The position numbers and the translations under genes are program-made. This document shows, piece by piece, positions 62,960-64,000 of a DNA stretch of 64,000 bases. Each line of letters starts with the position of its first letter. Positions within the stretch are counted from its first letter, which is position 1. The DNA comes from Rhina ancylostomus (taxonomy: Eukaryota): NCBI GenBank assembly GCA_030265395.1, contig JARFYF010000094.1, forward strand, positions 19,706,512 to 19,770,511. Reading direction: 5' to 3'. The notes under the pieces were generated by a model. That model ran no database searches. It worked only from the letters and a program-made list of their open reading frames with translations, and was not told the origin of the DNA.

Positions 62960-64000
62960 TCAAGAATTCAAAACATTGCCCTTCACCCTTTGACAACAAG
63001 TTCTGATCTTAACTAATGGAATGGGGATCATCCTTGTTCAGGAACTCGGAGATATTTTGGATCAAATACAGATCTGATGGGTGCTCTTTCCAGCACTGAT
63101 AGGCTATTTACCTATAGTGGAGAGAAACTGGTACTCATTTGCTTTGGTCGGTAGTACTGCTATGCATTTCCCTGCATTTTGTTCTGGAATGTTCCAAGTA
63201 TTAGCTTTGCTTTGTGATTGCTTGCCAAAATTAATCAGCAATTGATTGCCTTTTGGAAGTCATGCTTTTAAATTATTGCTATTAAGTACAGTATTTAACC
63301 AACAACTATCAGAATATAACCAGCAAAATGTAGCCTGTTCCGATAATAGTTGGTACAATTGGCTGTCAGATCTATCCTCTGGAATGGCATACACAGTTGA
63401 AATTTGAGTCCTGTGTCTTCAGCCAACAATAAAATGAGGCCAATTTCTTCCCAAACCTGTGTCATTACAGCAGAATAGCAAGCTCCCGGTCACTGGAAAG
63501 CTTACTAAAACAAATAATGTAAATACCATCTCTGAGAATTTTATCATTTTCTGAGATGATTTCTGGTTGCTTGCAACTAGCAACCAGAAGTGGTTGCATT
63601 TATTCCACTACTAATCGGTGACTTTTCTTTGGGAAGAATTCAGAACGAGGTGATGTGTCTCATGTAACCAGTAAGACTCTTTTGAACTCCTGTTCCCCTT
63701 TTGTGGGCCCTAATTAGTAGTCACAAGTGGTATAGTTGCAAACACTGTTTTCAGTTCCATAAGTGCATTGTGACTTTTCCACGGAAGGATGAAGGTACAG
63801 TGGATGGAAGTGGTGCATGGTCAGTGACAGAAAATGCAGCTTTTGCCAAAAAAGTAGCAAAAGGGAGGAGTGCTGCAACTGACTTTAAAAACGATTGTCA
63901 TTATTTCCTTTGCACAGTACTAGGATTTTAAGTGCAAAAATTACAGGAGAAATGGATTATTCCAATGCTGTAAAATTTACTTGGGCTTTGTGTTTCCTTT

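Noticed and set aside
1-64000. CRISPR arrays, operons or other prokaryotic systems
   Set aside because: The sequence is vertebrate repeat-rich DNA with no repeat-spacer arrays or gene-dense ORFs.

Overview
This is AT-rich, CpG-depleted vertebrate genomic DNA, intronic or intergenic. The repeat repertoire points to a cartilaginous fish, probably a batoid (inference). I could not support any intact host gene or exon. The supplied ORFs are chance frames or fragments of dead transposon proteins. The window is a layered set of decayed mobile elements: CR1, L2, RTE and Rex1/Babar LINE fragments; V-SINEs, Deu-SINEs and LF-SINE-like SINEs; Penelope-like elements (GIY-YIG remnants and pseudo-LTRs); a pogo/Tigger-type MITE; and probably two decayed two-gene PIF/Harbinger transposons. 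Four signals stand out. (1) About a dozen Penelope pLTR copies carry a minimal type I hammerhead ribozyme motif, several folded into palindromes, and one palindrome has a perfect 11-bp target-site duplication. (2) The plus-strand ribozyme core is usually the broken one. (3) A 72-nt fold-back hairpin sits next to a 31-nt inverted insert apparently copied from 3.2 kb upstream. (4) A young V-SINE shares its tail with the local Rex1/Babar LINE. Family names come from motif recognition by eye, with no database search, and the boundaries of old elements are approximate.
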